A DNA stretch of 64,000 bases from an uncultured cyanobacterium (lineage in GTDB: Bacteria > Cyanobacteriota > Cyanobacteriia > Cyanobacteriales > Cyanobacteriaceae), in the NCBI GenBank assembly GCA_963710605.1, contig CAVQBA010000006.1:704001-768000 (forward strand). Reading direction: 5' to 3'. A program made the translations under genes and the position numbers. The notes below the pieces were generated by a model, which saw nothing but the letters and a program-made list of their open reading frames with translations, did not search any database and was not told the DNA's origin. This document shows positions 61,791 to 64,000 of this stretch, one piece after another (the first letter of the stretch is position 1; the number at the start of each line of letters is the position of its first letter).

Positions 61791-64000
61791 ATGGAGTTTT
61801 CAATCGCTACAATACTGTCTCTTCTAAACCCTGAGAAACTAGTACCGGGAAAAGCACTAGAAAAAAAATTAGGCTGTGAAGATGAGCAAGAAATAGAAAA
61901 ACTGCAAATAGCCCTCGATGTATTAGAAAAAATTGGCGTTGTCACCAAGGAATTCGGTAAATATCGTCGTTTAGTCGAAGATGATGTCGTTGAAGCTAAG
62001 TTGCGTTGTTCGAGTAAAGGTTTTTGTTTCGCTATTCAAGATGAGGAGGATGCAGATGATATTTATATCCGTGAAACTCATTTAAGTAATGCTTGGAATA
62101 GCGATCGAGTTTTGGTGAGAATTATTAAAGAAGGCACTCGTCGTCGCTCCCCTGAAGGAGAGGTTAAATTAATTTTAGAAAGAGCAAATCCTTCTGTTTT
62201 AGCCAGAGTAGTCGAAGACGAAACCAAACAACATTTAGCCGTACCTCTAGACGATCGTTTGTTGTTTGAATTAAAATTGAAACAAAATGGACTACAAATA
62301 GATGATGCAGTTAATCATTTAGTTCATGTTAATATTTTGCGTTATCCCATCGGGCAAAATCCTCCCTTAGGTAAAGTTGTCAAAATCTTAGGTAGTGATG
62401 CAGAAACTGCCGCCGATACTGATATTGTCTCTTCTAAACACGATTTACCTCAAGAATTTCCCGATCGAGTTTTACAACAAGCGGCTAAAATTGATCCCAG
62501 TATTAGTGAAGAAGAAATCGCAAAAAGAGTAGATTTAAGAGATATTTTAACGATTAGTATCGAACACGATGTTTCTCAAGAGTTAGATTTGTTTGTGGAA
62601 AATGCTCTTACCTTACAACAAACCGAAGACAATAATTCTTGCTTAGGAATTCATATAGCTGATGTCGCTCATTTTATAGAAGCCGACACCCATTTAGAAA
62701 GAGAAGCCCGTAAAAGATGCACAACCGTTCATCTAGGGGACAAAATAATTGAGTTGTTACCTCAAGATGTTAAAAAATGTTGTTCTTTAGTACCAAATGA
62801 AGATCGTTTAGCCGTATCTGTTTTCTTTACTTTTGATGATAAAGGGCAAATTTTAGAATATCAAATCAAACCGACAATCATTAGATTAGATCATCAATTA
62901 ACATATAAAGATGTGCAGGCGATGATTGGTGAAGAAGAAAAAAACATCAAGCCTGAATTAAAAACAGCTTGGGAAATGCTTAATCATATAATCTTAAAAA
63001 TTAGTCCTTTAGTGAAAGCTCAAAGACTACAAAGAGGTGGTTTTGATATTAGCTTAGACCAAATTACCTCTTATTTTAAAGATGAAGGTAGGATAGGAGC
63101 GATCGCATCTTATTCTCGTTTACCAGTATTATCATTAATGACCGAATTAATGGTTTTAGTGGGAAAAGTTGTTGCTGAGCATTTAAATGCTTTACAAGTG
63201 CCGGGTATTTATTGCTCGCAAAGTAAACCAGATTGGGACGAGTTAGAAGACTTACTCAAATTAGTATCTAACCTGCAACTAGACTTTGAATTAGACTCAG
63301 AAGCCGAAATCCAATCTTTTGATTATTACCACTTAATCCAAGAATTTAGTAAATCTGAATACGATAAGGTATTACATTACCTATTGCTTAATTCTCTTAA
63401 ACCAAACAAATATATTCAACATCCCGCCCCTCATTTTGGTTTAGCTTACCCTATCTATACTCACTGTATTTCTCCTGGGCAACGTTTTATTGATTTACAA
63501 ATCCAAAGAGTCTTAAAAACCGTCTTTGAAGAAGGAAGAGATAGACGTAGCACAAGGGTAAAAAAAGGAGTTGACTTGTATAGTAATACCTGTCATGGGC
63601 AAATAGATTGGAATGTATTGCCTCCTGCAACCCAAAGTAACCTAGAAGCAGATTTACATTCACTAATTACTCATCTTAACGAAAGAGAAAAAATTGCCGC
63701 TGATGCCGAATCAGATTTAGCCGGGCTGAAAAAAGCCGAAGAAATGAAAGATAGAACAGGTAAAATCTTTAATGGTTTAATTACTGGTGTACAATCTTAT
63801 GGTTTCTTTGTGCAAATTGATGATTGTTTAGTCGAAGGATTAGTTCATGTTAGTTCACTCAAAGACGATTGGTATGAATATAACCTTAAACATACCTGCT
63901 TAGTTGGGCGTAAAAACAGAACAGCTTATCGTTTAGGTGATAAAGTAGATGTGGAAGTCAAAAGCGTTGATTATTATCGTCAACAAATTGATCTGGTTAC
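61791..64000 (+). CDS. zam: RNase R family protein, Zam-like; runs off the window end and is absent from the ORF track
   Basis: MEFSIATIL...KKLGCE, LRCSSKGFCFAIQ cold-shock domain, HFGLAY, and S1 domain GVQSYGFFV...EGLVHVSSL. Confidence 0.85.
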   Translation, partial: MEFSIATILSLLNPEKLVPGKALEKKLGCEDEQEIEKLQIALDVLEKIGVVTKEFGKYRRLVEDDVVEAKLRCSSKGFCFAIQDEEDADDIYIRETHLSNAWNSDRVLVRIIKEGTRRRSPEGEVKLILERANPSVLARVVEDETKQHLAVPLDDRLLFELKLKQNGLQIDDAVNHLVHVNILRYPIGQNPPLGKVVKILGSDAETAADTDIVSSKHDLPQEFPDRVLQQAAKIDPSISEEEIAKRVDLRDILTISIEHDVSQELDLFVENALTLQQTEDNNSCLGIHIADVAHFIEADTHLEREARKRCTTVHLGDKIIELLPQDVKKCCSLVPNEDRLAVSVFFTFDDKGQILEYQIKPTIIRLDHQLTYKDVQAMIGEEEKNIKPELKTAWEMLNHIILKISPLVKAQRLQRGGFDISLDQITSYFKDEGRIGAIASYSRLPVLSLMTELMVLVGKVVAEHLNALQVPGIYCSQSKPDWDELEDLLKLVSNLQLDFELDSEAEIQSFDYYHLIQEFSKSEYDKVLHYLLLNSLKPNKYIQHPAPHFGLAYPIYTHCISPGQRFIDLQIQRVLKTVFEEGRDRRSTRVKKGVDLYSNTCHGQIDWNVLPPATQSNLEADLHSLITHLNEREKIAADAESDLAGLKKAEEMKDRTGKIFNGLITGVQSYGFFVQIDDCLVEGLVHVSSLKDDWYEYNLKHTCLVGRKNRTAYRLGDKVDVEVKSVDYYRQQIDLV

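Overview
AT-rich chromosomal window from a cyanobacterium. Evidence: psbO, cytochrome c6-like gene, Ftn2/ARC6, Tic20, acyl-ACP reductase, heptamer tandem repeats and very frequent CGATCG. The degenerate HIP1 pattern suggests a Cyanobacterium/Geminocystis-like lineage (inference). Most genes are housekeeping: fabD, dprA, rpsF, asnS, tRNA-Pro, pdhA, typA, cbiT, smpB, bamA, purC, holB, exbBD, accD, psbO and a Zam-like RNase R. At least eight genes, several of them core housekeeping genes, carry single-base frameshifts, most likely assembly errors. The most interesting signals are: (1) a ~50-bp GC-rich structured mini-element (GCGGT...ACCARGAC) showing compensatory base pairs, inserted cleanly into a copy of itself, into a REP hairpin loop and into a heptamer array, within a wider pattern of nested REP/MITE elements; (2) an RNB (RNase II-type) nuclease with an intact catalytic motif, no cold-shock or S1 domains, and three dsRNA-binding-like modules; (3) an HTH-NACHT gene bracketed by inverted REP copies, with a divergent unannotated microprotein; (4) an orphan ParB/Srx toxin-like plus immunity-like gene pair. 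No CRISPR array, rRNA, reverse transcriptase or transposase was seen. All calls are by eye, with no database search.
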